64,000 nt of DNA. Origin: Halocafeteria seosinensis. Taxonomy: Eukaryota. Shown in pieces: positions 50,317 through 64,000 of the stretch (its first letter is position 1; each line of letters begins with the position of its first letter). A program made the position numbers and the translations under genes. The notes beneath the pieces were generated by a model that was not told the DNA's origin, did not search any database, and saw only the letters and a program-made list of their open reading frames with translations. The DNA is taken from assembly GCA_001687465.1 (NCBI GenBank), contig LVLI01000140.1, positions 124,001-188,000 on the forward strand, read 5' to 3'.

Positions 50317-53300
50317 ATGGCGAGTAGCATCACAGCAGCAGGTAAGTGAGTTGCGATCGGCGTGTGTCTCTGAGCAGGAAGACATGCAATACACTGAGCA
50401 TCAGAAGTGTTCCGGTACTTCAGCTTGGGCCACCGCATTGAGTATATTGACGATGCTGTAATGCTAGATGCAGGTGCTGTCACCAAGGAAGGCTACATGG
50501 TCAAGAAGGGTCATTTGAGGAAGAATTGGAAGCGCCGTTTCTTCTCATTGACCCCGCAGAATTTAGCGTACTTCAAGAAAGCGGGAGGGAAGGCTAAAGG
50601 CATTTACTCATTGTTAGGTTCCTCCGTTAGAGAGTGCACTAGCATGGATAACAACCCCTTCGTGTTCGAGCTGAAGTTGCGCAATGGAAAATGCTTGCAC
50701 TGCTCTTGTACCACCGATTATGAACGAAAGGTATGGTTCTCCTGTCCCGAGGCTACTGCAACAACGTTGTGCCATCCACATCTTCATGTATAATATTGCC
50801 ACAGGAATGGGTTGATGCAATTCTTACCAACATCCAATCGCTGAAGAATGCAATGGAGACAGGTTATTTTGAGAAAAAGAGCAACACGACACACAAGGAG
50901 CAAAAGCGAAGAAACATCAGCGTGTACACCAGCAGCTGGAACATGGGCGAGAAGTCAACATTCACAGTGGCGGAGGCAGAAAACTGGATACCCCGTGGAT
51001 ATGATGTATACGGAATCGGTGTGCAAGAGTGCTTAGTGACTGATTCAGTAAAGAGTAGGTATATCGTTTCCCGCGTTAAGACTGGCTGATTACGACTACA
51101 TGTACTGTTGAATTCAATGCAGAGGCTCTTCATGCCCACTTGGGGGACGAATATGCCATAATTGACCACGGAATAGGCAATAACGCAACTGCTCTTGGTT
51201 ATCATGGGTTTATATATCTTACTGTATTCGTTCGCACGGCTTTAGTAACGGAAGGAATATGCCTCTGTGCTAAAGCTTCTAAGTAAGTCCTTCATGAGCA
51301 CATTTCCACAATTACTTTTGTCATCTCCCTACGGACGTTCATGGGTTTCCAGGAACTCTGTTTCTCTTGGAACGAGACTGCTGTTTACGAGGGCAACCAA
51401 TAAAGGCGCAGTCAGTATCACTCTTCCGCTTAAACTCCCTGATGACCGCGGGAAACTGCGGCTACGTTCCTCACTGTGTTTTGTCAGTTGTCACTTGGCG
51501 AGTGATAGGAAGACTGAGAGCAAACTCAGTTCCCGGAACGCAGATGCGAAAGCAATGTTAGAAAACTTGTGCATGGAGTTTCCCGGATATATATGCAACA
51601 AGACCGCGGAAAATTATTCCAAGGACTCTTTGGAGGCTTCAGAGAATGGAGATGATAGTGTTCAAAGGAAAGAGCGGGAAAGGTCACAGAATCGCATTGC
51701 CTTCAACAATGACGAGTATGCTAACGAGTCTGTGCGCACTGGTGACTCTTCAAGTGCTGACTTCTTGTCCTTGAGCCGAAGCCCTAAGTTGCTGAAGTTG
51801 TTGGACAAGCTGCTTGTGAAGCCACAGTCGACCACTTTGGCAACGCGGACTGTGGATTCTAGGGTCGAGTGTGAGACTGAACAAGAGAGAAGAAAGCAAA
51901 GCTTTGTTGAATTTTCAAATTGTGGTTCAATCCTGGCGAATAACCATGGTTCCCGCGTGTCCCTCCGACTCAGGAGTGCTGATCAAAAAGCATCGGAGGG
52001 CATCAACAGAGCCATCGAAGCAGCGTTGCGACGCATGCTTCCTCTTGATCGAAGACAGACGGTTAGTAAGAAGCGCTTTAAATCGATGAATGAGGCAATG
52101 CTTCATGGGAGTACGGCTAAACCGAACTCTGTACTCGTCGATCGGAGGCTTGAGAGACTATTGCAATTCGAAGCTCAATCCTCCAAAGGCGATGCTAGCA
52201 ACTCCCCGAGCATGTCTCCCAAGGGTAGCGATAAGATGCCACGTCGAATGTCTAGATTTTCATCTAGGTATGCCACATCTTTTCATGGAAGAAGTATCGC
52301 TTTTGAAACAGGCACCAACTTGCTAGACACCATAGATGACGTTGTGGCGAATGTATTATCCAAGAAATACAGCGCCATGGAAAATGTGGTGAATCGGGCT
52401 ACGGAGGCTGCCCAAAACATCCCTAGAGACAAAAGAAATCTCCTTGTGGCGGAATTAAGTACCTCTGTTAGCCAAGGGGCCTTGTCGCTTGCTGTAATGA
52501 ATGGCGCTGCGGTACACTCTGTGAGGATGAGCTCTTTCGGGAGAAGCAACGAAATGGCTCGCTTGCGAGAAAACAGAATTCCCGCAATAAGCGGTATTAG
52601 AAGGTCTAGATCCTTTTCAGAGATATCATCACTTGTTACCGGTAAATCGAGCCCCCGTAACGAAACAAACGGAAGTCCTATACGCAGATCAGCTTCCGGG
52701 AAGAATGTCACTGCAAATGGACAAATCGAGGAGGAAACACCTTCTCGACTTGAGCGCTTTCGACGTAGATTTCACAAAGAAAGCTCCCCTGATGCTGCAC
52801 CAAACAATGGTCCTGCAACACCTGAAGGACAGGCAACACCCGACAATGAGTACAACCCGCGGCGGAGCTACACGACACCGTCTAAGTATCCACCGAATAG
52901 GCATGATAGTTACAAGGACGTGCTTACTCCACTGATAGAGCAAAATTGCTCTTCGTATGTCTTTATTATTGGGGATTTGAACTACAGAGTCAGAATGACT
53001 CCTGAGCAAGCCGTGTATATGGTGGCAAAATCAGAGCAACTTACGGAGCAATATACGGGAGACTTTAACGCAAGACCTTCGACTGCAGAGGCGTCGATTC
53101 TGCAGAAGTACTGGGAGCGATTGCTGACGTTTGATGAGCTACGGAATATGTTTGACTCTTCCTCTTTGTTCCTTGGTTTTGAAGAGGCACCAATCGCTTT
53201 CCCTCCAACTTATAAACGGCGCAAAGCCATGGAGTCCTGGCTACGGAGGAAAAACGGTGACTATGCGAACGTCAACCGGCTCCAGCAAGGATTTACAACA

Positions 53301-55184
53301 GATTTTATTACCTCTATCGATGAAGCAAGCACAGATCCAAATGGTTTGGAAGAAGGTGTGAATGAAGACACAGATAGTGACTCAGACAACAACGAGGGAA
53401 AATATATAAGGGTACAACGGGTGCACAGTGAACACAAGGGCACGTTGGCCAATCATGCGGCTGCGTTGGATAGCGAAGTTCGTCACGATAAGAGTCTAGG
53501 GTCTCCCAAGGAAAATCGGAAGAAAAAATCAGGAGCCGCTAGAACTCCTTCCTATCCGGACAGAATACTGTTTCGACGACCCCTGCAGCAGCAATCTTTG
53601 CTTGTCTCAACCCAGGTTAAGGACCCGTGGAAGCATAGTAATAGGAACAACAGTGCCGTGCTACGGCAAACTGCTGCTGTCCCCTTGGACAAACCGAAAG
53701 TTGATACCAATGGTGAAATGGCGCGCGGTAGGGTTGTATCGCTTCCCCGCTCTAAAGGTTCTTCAGGATACCCTAGCACTCTACCTTCCCTGCAGTGTAT
53801 ATCGTACAATACCAGTGATGACGTGACTGGAAGTGATCACATTCCAGTTTATGCATGTTTCCAACTATCCCTCGATCACTTGAGCGGTAAACCCGACCTT
53901 CAGGAGACAGAGCGGAACTCAATCTGTGTTGGAGGTGCAGTTGCAGATCAGCTTGTGGACACACTCTTGAGTAGTGCTTCTTCGATGATCCCGAAGCAGT
54001 TTTGCAATCCGGGACAGCTTCGGCAGCTTCTTTTGAAGAACGGTACTGCTGATTTGCACGCTCCAGAACAGCTTAGCATTCCTCATAGTATTGACCAGGA
54101 TACGTGTGCAGGTGAGGTGGTACATACGGAAGACATACCCAATGGTGAAAAGCACGCTCCCGATGTTACACCATCAAATGAGAATGCGGCAAGGTTTAGT
54201 GATACAGAAAGTGACAACTCCGATGCCGCAACGGAGGACACCGACACCGGAGGACAACAAGCTGAGAAGGACGGGGAATGGTCGCCAGGGGCAGATAACC
54301 CCAACACTAATTTATCAACCGCAATCGACAAGGATGAAAGTATCCAGCGGTGTATCCGAGCGTTGGACGAAATATCTGATTCTTCGTCATTGTCGTCCAC
54401 TGCTGATATTCCTTCGAGCTTTCAGCGGCTTGCTTTCCCAGTCCTACGAAAACGGAATAATCTCCTGGAGAGCAACAATACTTCAGCTTCGGCAATATCT
54501 TGCGATGAGATGACGCCGAAAGAAGTTATTTGTCAAGCTGATCCGCACATTTTGTATAATGCACTGCTGACCAAAGTATGGAGCTACAGCAAAAATCGCA
54601 CTGAGGGAGGCGTTGAAGAGCCGGGAAGATTGCCTGGGAGAAACAGCTACTTCGTCTTGGAGGAAGACTCCCCACCATCTAAGAATGTGAAATGGTTGCA
54701 TCACGAGGATACTCCAGCCTTTACGTTGGCCGTACAAAACCGACAGAAGGCGATTCAGGAGGCATTTCAGCGACAGCATAGAGGTCGTCGAGTCAGACGT
54801 TCTACCCGACGACGGCGAGCTTCGCTCACTGGTGATGTAACTGATACAAATAACTGTGAGGTGGAATCATCTGTAGGTTCCGTAACCGGCACTGAAAGCG
54901 TGTTGGAAACGCCGGGAAAATCAGTGGTAATGAGCGAAGGTGTTTCGCCTCCTCGGAACTTTTCTCTCGGGCCAAGTGTCCTTCACGACGCCGGTTTCTT
55001 GGGCACCAGAACCACCTCTGGTGAAGAGACTGCAGGCTACAGTGCTGCGAGTACATCTGTCATGGAATCTCCGACCATGCCGTCGAGAGACTCCAGTCCA
55101 CTAATTCAGTCTCCCCCAACTAATGTGCGTCAGTTGATTGGAGAATGGAGAACCAGGGAAGCAGCGTTCCGACGACGAACGTAA
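50317..55184 (+). CDS. PH-domain inositol polyphosphate 5-phosphatase with large insertions
   Basis: PH: KEGYMVKKGHLRKNWKRRFF. Phosphatase motifs: SWNMG, IGVQE, NKGAV, CFVSCHLAS, FIIGDLNYRV, FPPTYKR, PSYPDRIL and SDHIPVYA. Confidence 0.9.
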
Positions 55185-56067
55185 AGATAATGTAGTATCA
55201 TGAGTAAAAAAAATGATACTGTTTAGGACGGGGCAGTCGGTCTGTGATGATTTTCTTCTGTTGCGAAAGTTGTCGAGTTGTTCCAGCAGTGGAGAGCACA
55301 CACGGGAACCTCGGAAATCACCGAACAGGTTGAACTTGGAAGTTCGAGAGTCGGATACTGGGATAGTTTCTAGGTGTGCATTGCTGGAGGAGATATTTAA
55401 GAGCTGGAGCAGTGCTTACTCGAGTGGCCAAACGGTGCATGCATGCACCAAGATCTGAGTCACAGTGACAATAAGCTGGCAATGGCATCTATCAAGAGAC
55501 CATACAGCGTCTCGAAGGCCCAACCGCAGATAGAACTTCGATGATTCGAGAACAAGATCGAAACTGCGACACAGTATGCTCTTGTATAACCGGAGATTTG
55601 AGGACGACTTGAATAGACTCGTTGGAGGAACTTAAAGACATATGCCGGTCGACGCCTATGAAAGTCAAGGCTGTGCAATAAATAACAATTTCCTCATCTT
55701 GAGGAAAGATGGTGTACAAGTTGGCAACAGTTGTACAATTTTGTAACTACAGTGATGATCATGAGTGAGTGAGTCTCTCCACCTGTCTGTCTCTGATAGT
55801 ATCCAATTGATTACGCAGATTGACTTCATAATGCTCTACATTTGCTATAAGGAGGAGATATCACACTTTCCTCCCCACGTCGGTTTTCCTCCAGTTTACC
55901 AAGCTGGAAGTTGGTAGCACCACCGTAGTTCGTCCGCACTTGCGGTAACGTTGAACTTGGCTCAATTTCCCACCAGATCTTTGCTTTATACCAAAATTGG
56001 CAGTGCGTTCAGAATGCGATGAGTTTTGCCGCGCGACAGGCGAATCTCAATGCGTGTGGTTGGTTGC

Positions 56068-56112
56068 TTCTGGAAGGCTTTCTAGAAACTCTAGAAATCC
56101 GCGTTTCCGGAA
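56068..56112. promoter_or_regulatory. Cluster of heat-shock-element-like TTCnnGAA units upstream of pirin
   Basis: TTCTGGAA, TTCTAGAA, CTCTAGAA and TTCCGGAA within 45 bp. Confidence 0.4.
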
Positions 56113-56367
56113 ATCCCAACTTCAACTTCCTGAGGAACTCTGCACTGGTAATACAAGTATACGAATCATTTGTGTTGATAATGTGGGTTGAAATCCGAAG
56201 TGTTTAAATAAACAAAGACAAAGAGCGAACCCGTCTTTGTTTGTTGTGGGAACTGTGTTATGCTCCTACGGTCTTGTGTTTGCAAGCCAGTGTTCCATCG
56301 AGCTCGTCTATTTATCGCATTATCTGCGCTTTCTAGCTCTTTTCCAGTCCCCTTGCACGCCTACAAG

Positions 56368-57867
56368 ATGTCGACCGAAGTAGACTCTACCGGCATCCAG
56401 TCCATGCCAGGAGCCGACAAGATACAAAATGCCCCCGAGGACTTCAAGGAACCTGCCTTGGAGAATCCACGAAAGGTGGTACAATCCGTGGAATCCCGTT
56501 GGCAAGGTGAAGGTCAAGGAGCCCGTGTTCGGAGATCTATCGGCAGACCTGAGCTAAAGAATTTGGGTATGTCAAGTTTGTTTCCCCGGTGCAGTTGTAC
56601 TCGGTTGCCCATATGGGGATGGTGTGTATGTGACTTGCAGATCCGTTCCTAATGCTGGACGAGTTCTACGTAGGTAAGCACGGGAAAAGAGTCTATCTGG
56701 AGCTAAAATCTATATGCGAAACTCTATATGCGAAACTTATAATAATTTAAAAACGAGTTTCGCAGGAAAGCCGGCTGGATTTCCTGATCACCCTCATCGA
56801 GGTTTTGAAACAGTTACTTACATTTTGAAGGGATCCTTTACTCATGAAGATTTTGCGGGACACAAGGTTGGTAGAGCATGGCTGTTGTTGCAATTGATAA
56901 TTCTTAACTATATTGAAGACTTCTATGCGGTGTATCGCAGGGTACTATAAACCCCGGAGACCTGCAGTGGATGACAGCGGGGAAGGGAATAGTTCATTCT
57001 GAAGTTCCTGTAAGTCCTCTGCTGGCTGTAATAGTCTTCATTCCCACCGTCTTATAACTCCATTGGTACAGGCGTCTGACGACAAAGCTCATGGGATGCA
57101 ACTTTGGGTAAATCTGGCATCCGAACATAAGATGGTAGATCCTCACTACCAGGAACTGACAGCAGACGAGATACCAAAAGTGATGTACAAGAACGTTGTG
57201 GCCAACGTCATTGCGGGTGAAGCATTTGGTATCGAGAGTCCTGTATATACCCGTACGCCAACGATGGTAGGTGCCTCTGGTTGTTTCTCCTTACCTAGTG
57301 CTCTTCCTATTGTACGTTCTGCTCGTTGAACGCGAGGGCTACAGTACTTGGATTTCCGCATGGAACCTAACACTGAGGTGAAACAGAAGATCCCTAAGGG
57401 TAGGTACACGCCTAAAACGTCTAATGTTCTCTAAGATGTGTAATATTGTTGGCTTACTATGGCTGCTGTTCCTCAGGTTGGAATGGTTTCATGTATATGC
57501 TCAGTGGGGGTGGAACTGTTGAAGGAGTAGACGCTCCAGCACACCATACTCTAGTGTTGAGCAACAAAGGGGATGAAGACGGCATTCACGTAAAAGCTGG
57601 GGGTCAGGGAGCCCATTTTGTTCTCATTTGTGGACAGCCTCTGAATGAACCTGTTGTTCAGCATGGTAAGATTGCTAGTGCAGTGCGTAGAGGTTATCAT
57701 GGAGGCGATGATCGCGTAAGAGCATGCTTGTTTCTCGTTTCTCCACAGGTCCGTTTGTTATGAACACAAAAGAGGAAATTTATCAGGCAATGAAAGACTA
57801 CCAGGAGGGAAAGAATGGGTTTGAAAGAGCACGCCACTGGCAGAGCTCAACTATTGATCAATTCTAA
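56368..57867 (+). CDS. PIR: Pirin (cupin); a possible upstream in-frame ATG at 56260
   Basis: [58 protein letters not shown] and EPVVQHGPFVMNT. Many short exons. Confidence 0.95.
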
Positions 57868-58035
57868 TAGGGCAACCATTGAATGTTACGCAACACGCAC
57901 TTGACATCATCTGTGAACATTGTACTATCCTCAGCATATAGTCCTCTTGTTTTAGTTTCAGGAAGACATCGACAGCCAATCCTTGGTCCCTACGGATACC
58001 CATGTGTAATGCACTGTACCACAAACATGTGCCAT

Positions 58036-59355
<1,320 letters not shown>

Positions 59356-59768
59356 TTCTCGAGAAATCCACCCAAATACAGCACAGAGGAATAAGGATTG
59401 ATCAAACACAAGCTATCCGCACAATCGAAGCTCAAATAACAACGCTACATCGAAGCGTGCGAGTGAATGAATGCCCCGGATACTAAGTAGACGAAAACAT
59501 TGTCTCGTTGAAGTACGACGGGACTGGTTCGAACTTTCAAGGTGTTATTAGGCTCTTTTAGGTCAGTTTTCAATGGTTTCGTAGTGCTCATTTAGTTCCA
59601 TATAGAGTGAATTTGTGCATAGAAGTAGATTTGCGACGGTTGTCCGGGAGAAATACTTGAATGAACGAGGAAGTGTGAAGATCATCCAGTTCTGCGCGCG
59701 CTTTTCTGGCGTTAAACTGCATTTGGACCGTATTTGGCTTATTCCGTTCGTTTCCAGATCTAAATCAA

Positions 59769-61274
59769 ATGAGTGCCGGTCCATTAAGGGGATATACTGG
59801 CTTCCAAAGCCGGAGCGCGGAGTTCTATGAGCTCCAACCAGGTGTACCGGAAGTCTCACGGGATAGAAAATTCGGTACGTTGCGACAGGAAGCCTGCGAG
59901 ACGGATAGGATCACAATGGGACCACAAGCGGGGAGTTTTGTCTGTCCGAAAGCTGAACAAGCGAGTGAGACGATGAGGCAGACTATGAGCGTTTCGGCCA
60001 ACGATTATCACCCTCCGAAAAAATCGTAAGTTGATAGCGCCAACTCTGCTGCAAACAGTTCACGAAACGACCCAAACGAATATGGTAGTGATGTGCAGAG
60101 AAAGTAAAAAAAGACTCCCTATGGATAAGCCTTTCTTGCACGATACCACGCAAAGATCTTTTATGATAGACGCGAAAAAGGAACAGAAGGAATTGTCCCA
60201 GGTTACTGACTCGCGCATGCAACAAGCGTTTGAAATAATTGACGAGGTATGTCGTCGTCAAACGGGTATGACTGATGATCGATATCGCTTTTCAATTACT
60301 GCGTGGTTGAATGTTTCAGGATAATACGGGTACCATTGATCCAATTGAACTGCGTCCGGTACTGTTCGAACTGTTTGGCCATGAACCAACCGAGCACGAG
60401 TATCGCACGTTTGATGCTCATTGTGAACGCAACGATTTAGGGGTAATTGATTTTGATACTTGGATGAAAGGTGCCCGCGAAGCTCTCAGTATGTATTACA
60501 ATCGTCTTACTCAATTGGATGGCAAATTGGCTACTATGCTTGTTGCGACACAGGCCATCTTTACGCTGAAACCCAACTGGCGACGTCAAAGCCCAAACAG
60601 CCGTGGGAGGTGCGTAGTGTCTACGTTTGAGTTACCAATATGGTTAACGGTGAGGACAGCTCTATCCTACACAGAAAACTAAAAGACGGGAACGTGAAGT
60701 CCTTGGTGATCCAAGAAGAATTTCAACGTTTAGTGCAGATTTCGGATTATACGGTATGTGTGAATTATCCGTCTCCAATTTTGTATTGCTCGGAACCTAA
60801 TTCGCTTCCTGTTAAAACAGGTGAAGATCCTCGACAGCGTCCGATAATGGATGAAACAGGAAAAACATTGAACAGCACTACAAAGGATCTCCTCGAAGGG
60901 TCTACAAAGCGTAGTTACCAAACTCCCGGCTACACAGGATATATTCCCCATGTAAGCCATGTGCCATGCTGTATCCCACGCGCTGCTTTCGTCACGTTTC
61001 CTTCGTCCACATCCAGGCTGCGAACACGAAAGCCTACGAAATTGGCAGAGGTACACAGCCCCGCGATACGTTTATGATGAAAACCAATTTGAAGGACACC
61101 TTCACGAGGAGACTTCCTGGATTTACTGGGCACGTCGAGGATCAGACGGATATGGAATCTTTAGATGTGCAGAAACCACACGGTTATTTCGCTCCAACTG
61201 AACAACAGGCAGCTGATTCGCTGGTGGAAAATTATTGGAAGGCCCAGAATAAATCAATTGCAAAAAACCGTTAA
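59769..61274 (+). CDS. EF-hand protein with (P/R)GYTG repeats, candidate axonemal microtubule inner protein
   Basis: EF loop DEDNTGTIDPIEL across a splice junction. Repeats RGYTGF, PGYTGYIP and PGFTGH. Multi-exon. Confidence 0.65.
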
Positions 61275-61441
61275 AGCTGGGATGACAATAGTCTTGGCAT
61301 GTTTCAGTCCACCCATATTCTTGTCGGGTGTCTTCAACAACTGCAAATTCCACAAAAATTCTAATAAACATACCAGAAACATCATAGGTTCGGCCAAACT
61401 ATTGTTGTGTAGGCGGACTCCGAAGCATCCCTGAAACGCCT

Positions 61442-64000
61442 TTACCAGTGAGCTGGCAATTGATTCCCCGTCAATGCAGACGATCCAGGTACTTCCTCTA
61501 TGTTATCGTGGGATAAGTCGTCTGCATGATTAGAATTACTCCATTCATCGTAACGCGGCGACAAACCCGATGAATAATTCATCCTGTGAAACGAATTACC
61601 ACTCATAGATGGAGGACGTGAAGCCATAGACGGAGCAATATGCTGAGGGGCACTTCCAGAGGACCATTCAGTTTGAATAGGCCTGGGGGCAGGATCCACT
61701 ACTGTGTGCCAATCAGTTGACAGCGGAGGACGTGTGGTTGAAGACCCATTGTGGACACCGGAATGCACTGTTGTTTGTGCAATTTCGCCGTTTACGGAGC
61801 TGGAAGATTTCTTTGCCTTTGCATTCTTGGTGCGAGCAACACCCTTAGCAGTTGTTGTACCACTCTGCTTCAGCTTCTTCAACGTGAGCGCCGTAGAGGC
61901 TCCAGGAGCGAGTGGAGAGGTAAACGAGTCCGCAGCTTCATGAGTATTCACCTGCTTCAAAATTAACTTTGAGCAGTTAGAATAAGCAACAACTAAGCCA
62001 GGTCCTCCTTCTACATATCCACCGCGCGGAAACCTTGGGTTTTTCCCATAATCATGGCGCCTCAAGGGACTTACGCCCTTAGAGGTACTAGAAGGCTGCG
62101 AATGATTCTGTTTCACATCCGAGGAGATAGTTTTCGACTTTGAAGTACCACTTGTCGCCGGCGAAATGGCGCCTTCATTATCTGATCTAGCCCTTTTTCC
62201 TGCTAGGGAACCGGCTGTTGATGGTTCCTGTCCCGGGTAGAGTCTCTGGAACACTTCCAGGTATGAAGTAATAGTGAAACTAGTGGTCAAACCCACAGCT
62301 CCGAAAGTTCGCACAAGCGACAAGTGAGACAGCTTGTCCGTGGACATTCGACTAATCTCTACATTGGATAGGGTGTAACTGCTCTGCAGCAGCCGATCGA
62401 ACTCTGCAGCCCGCTCTGTATAATCAAACGTTGCTACTCGTGAAAGTTACTCGCCCGCAAACAGCGTACATGTGGACCTTACCTGAGGGTAATCCATTGT
62501 CTTCAAAACGCGCGATACCTGAGTTATCTGTAGCTATAGTACTCGAGATCCATCTTTCTTCAAATTTGGATAGCTTTTTGCTGATAATAACATTGCGGCC
62601 AATATCCCGCTGATCGATCAAACGGGATGCTCGGTGACCTGCTTCTGGAGCCATCCACGTCATATGCTTTTCTCCCACGGTTAGCGTACTCCCTTCGTCT
62701 AGGTATACGAAAAAAAGACCCTGGGGAGCATTATAGCCCATTACCCAACCATGAACAAAGCCTTCAGGAACATCCACTTCAGGAGGTGGCCGAGCCAGGA
62801 GAGTAGGGTCATCGTTGTCCATCAATGTCTTTAAGAACGGATGCATTCTATTTGCTTTGAGACACCGCTCCCCACAGACACCCCAACTGCAATGCACCCC
62901 AACAATGATATCGTTTTAACAAGTTTTATTCCAGTGCAAATAACTTACCCGTACATAAGCAGCGCCGGAAGATGGAACCTTCTCCTGCATTCCGACCTTC
63001 CACAAGTGACCAGGGCTAATGGCTCTTTGTCATATGGCTCCGATCCAACAAACTTTAAACGATTGGCTTGAATCCATGACACTAAGTTACACTCAGGACC
63101 AGTAGTCCGAACATCGGGCTGTGTGCTAATTCCGAGATGAAAGCAATAACAGTGCATCCACACTACTCTTACAAAATCGGGATTCATATCAACGGGTCTA
63201 GTTTCTTCTTGCAAAGTCGAAAAAAGTTCTCTTAAGTAAGGGTCGGCCACGGGCAAGCCACCAATGTGGCCGTTATACAAGCGACCTCTAGCGTAGCCAA
63301 TCAAAGGACCAAGGTCTAAATCATAGTCTTCCATCCAAATAGGAGACTTACAACCGCATAGGACACATGTTTGGTCTTCGTGTGCACGAACTGCTACAGC
63401 CGCTTCCACTATCTGACCTTCACCGCAAAATGCATGCGCAGCTTCCTTAACATGAGGAACCAGTGGACGTTCCAACGACTCAACACGTTCCTTGAGCTGT
63501 TGCCGTTTGATGTCACATGATGGATTGACCACGAAATTGGTGGCCTGAGTGCTGGATAAATCCAAATCAATCTCGAGGAGGGGCGTTTCATAGTCATAAA
63601 GGATCATTTCCTTGCTCTGACACATCTGCTCTTGACCTTTCTTCGTTGACACGTTGAAAGCATTTTCTACACTTCGGAGCGAAGACAGCAATACACGGGT
63701 ACCTCTCTTGATTGCGCCGACAACCTTCCATGCTGAGGAACCGAGTCCGGTCCTTCGTTCTGGCAAGCATGCGAGCTCACTGCATATAACACTAATCGTT
63801 TTGGCCGTCATCTCCGTCGAATCGGGGTTTTGGCAAAAGTAATGTATCAGGAAGACAGTACTGAGGCCGTTCTTGCCAGAGCTTTCTGTGGCGGTATCCT
63901 TCAATGTAACAAAATCATCTTTCTGAAAAAGATAACCAGATACTGCAGCACCTAACGTTACACCGTCATCAAATGGTGTTCCTACGAGGCCAGTATAATC
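61442..64000 (-). CDS. Chromatin-type protein with a degenerate extended-PHD finger and a Tudor-like segment; 5' end outside the window
   Basis: CVLC...WMHCYC...VTCGRSECRRRFHLP. The frame is open to base 64000; further exons lie at about 62888-62480 and 61442-62400. Confidence 0.65.

Noticed and set aside
56710..56737. 14-nt tandem duplication CTATATGCGAAACT in a pirin intron
   Set aside because: Consistent with ordinary slippage, with no sign of function.

Overview
This is a gene-dense eukaryotic nuclear window with short (mostly 60-100 nt) canonical GT-AG introns and the standard genetic code. It probably comes from a flagellated protist, likely a stramenopile, judging from CFAP44 and the RERNRxHAKxSR-type bZIP; the taxonomy is inference. 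I can support about 23 protein genes: RIO1, a Tudor/chromo-barrel protein, a PPR-like protein, a GLUG-repeat secreted protein, a TatB-like protein, CFAP44, CDC5L, SLC35F, a SYP7-like SNARE, a coiled-coil protein, a novel duplicated-domain protein, Cys-GPX, a transmembrane class III cyclase, a MORN protein, ADCK1/ABC1, an SLC25 carrier, a double-bZIP factor, EHD, a PH + inositol 5-phosphatase, pirin, GDP-fucose synthase, an EF-hand/PGY-repeat protein and an ePHD-like protein. There is also one tRNA-His, decayed non-LTR retroelement 3' ends and a probable RecQ-like pseudogene. The most notable oddities are: a candidate nuclear-encoded mitochondrial TatB; a single in-frame TGA inside an otherwise intact GLUG-repeat gene; a cyclase with swapped C1/C2 roles and a Met/His specificity pocket; a tRNA-His with encoded G-1 and U53-A61; three consecutive 33-nt exons matching an 11-residue coiled-coil repeat; an unrecognised tandemly duplicated CxxC domain; and very large in-frame insertions inside two enzyme folds. 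I found no multi-gene novel system that I can support. Gene models were spliced by eye and family calls rest on remembered motifs, not database searches.
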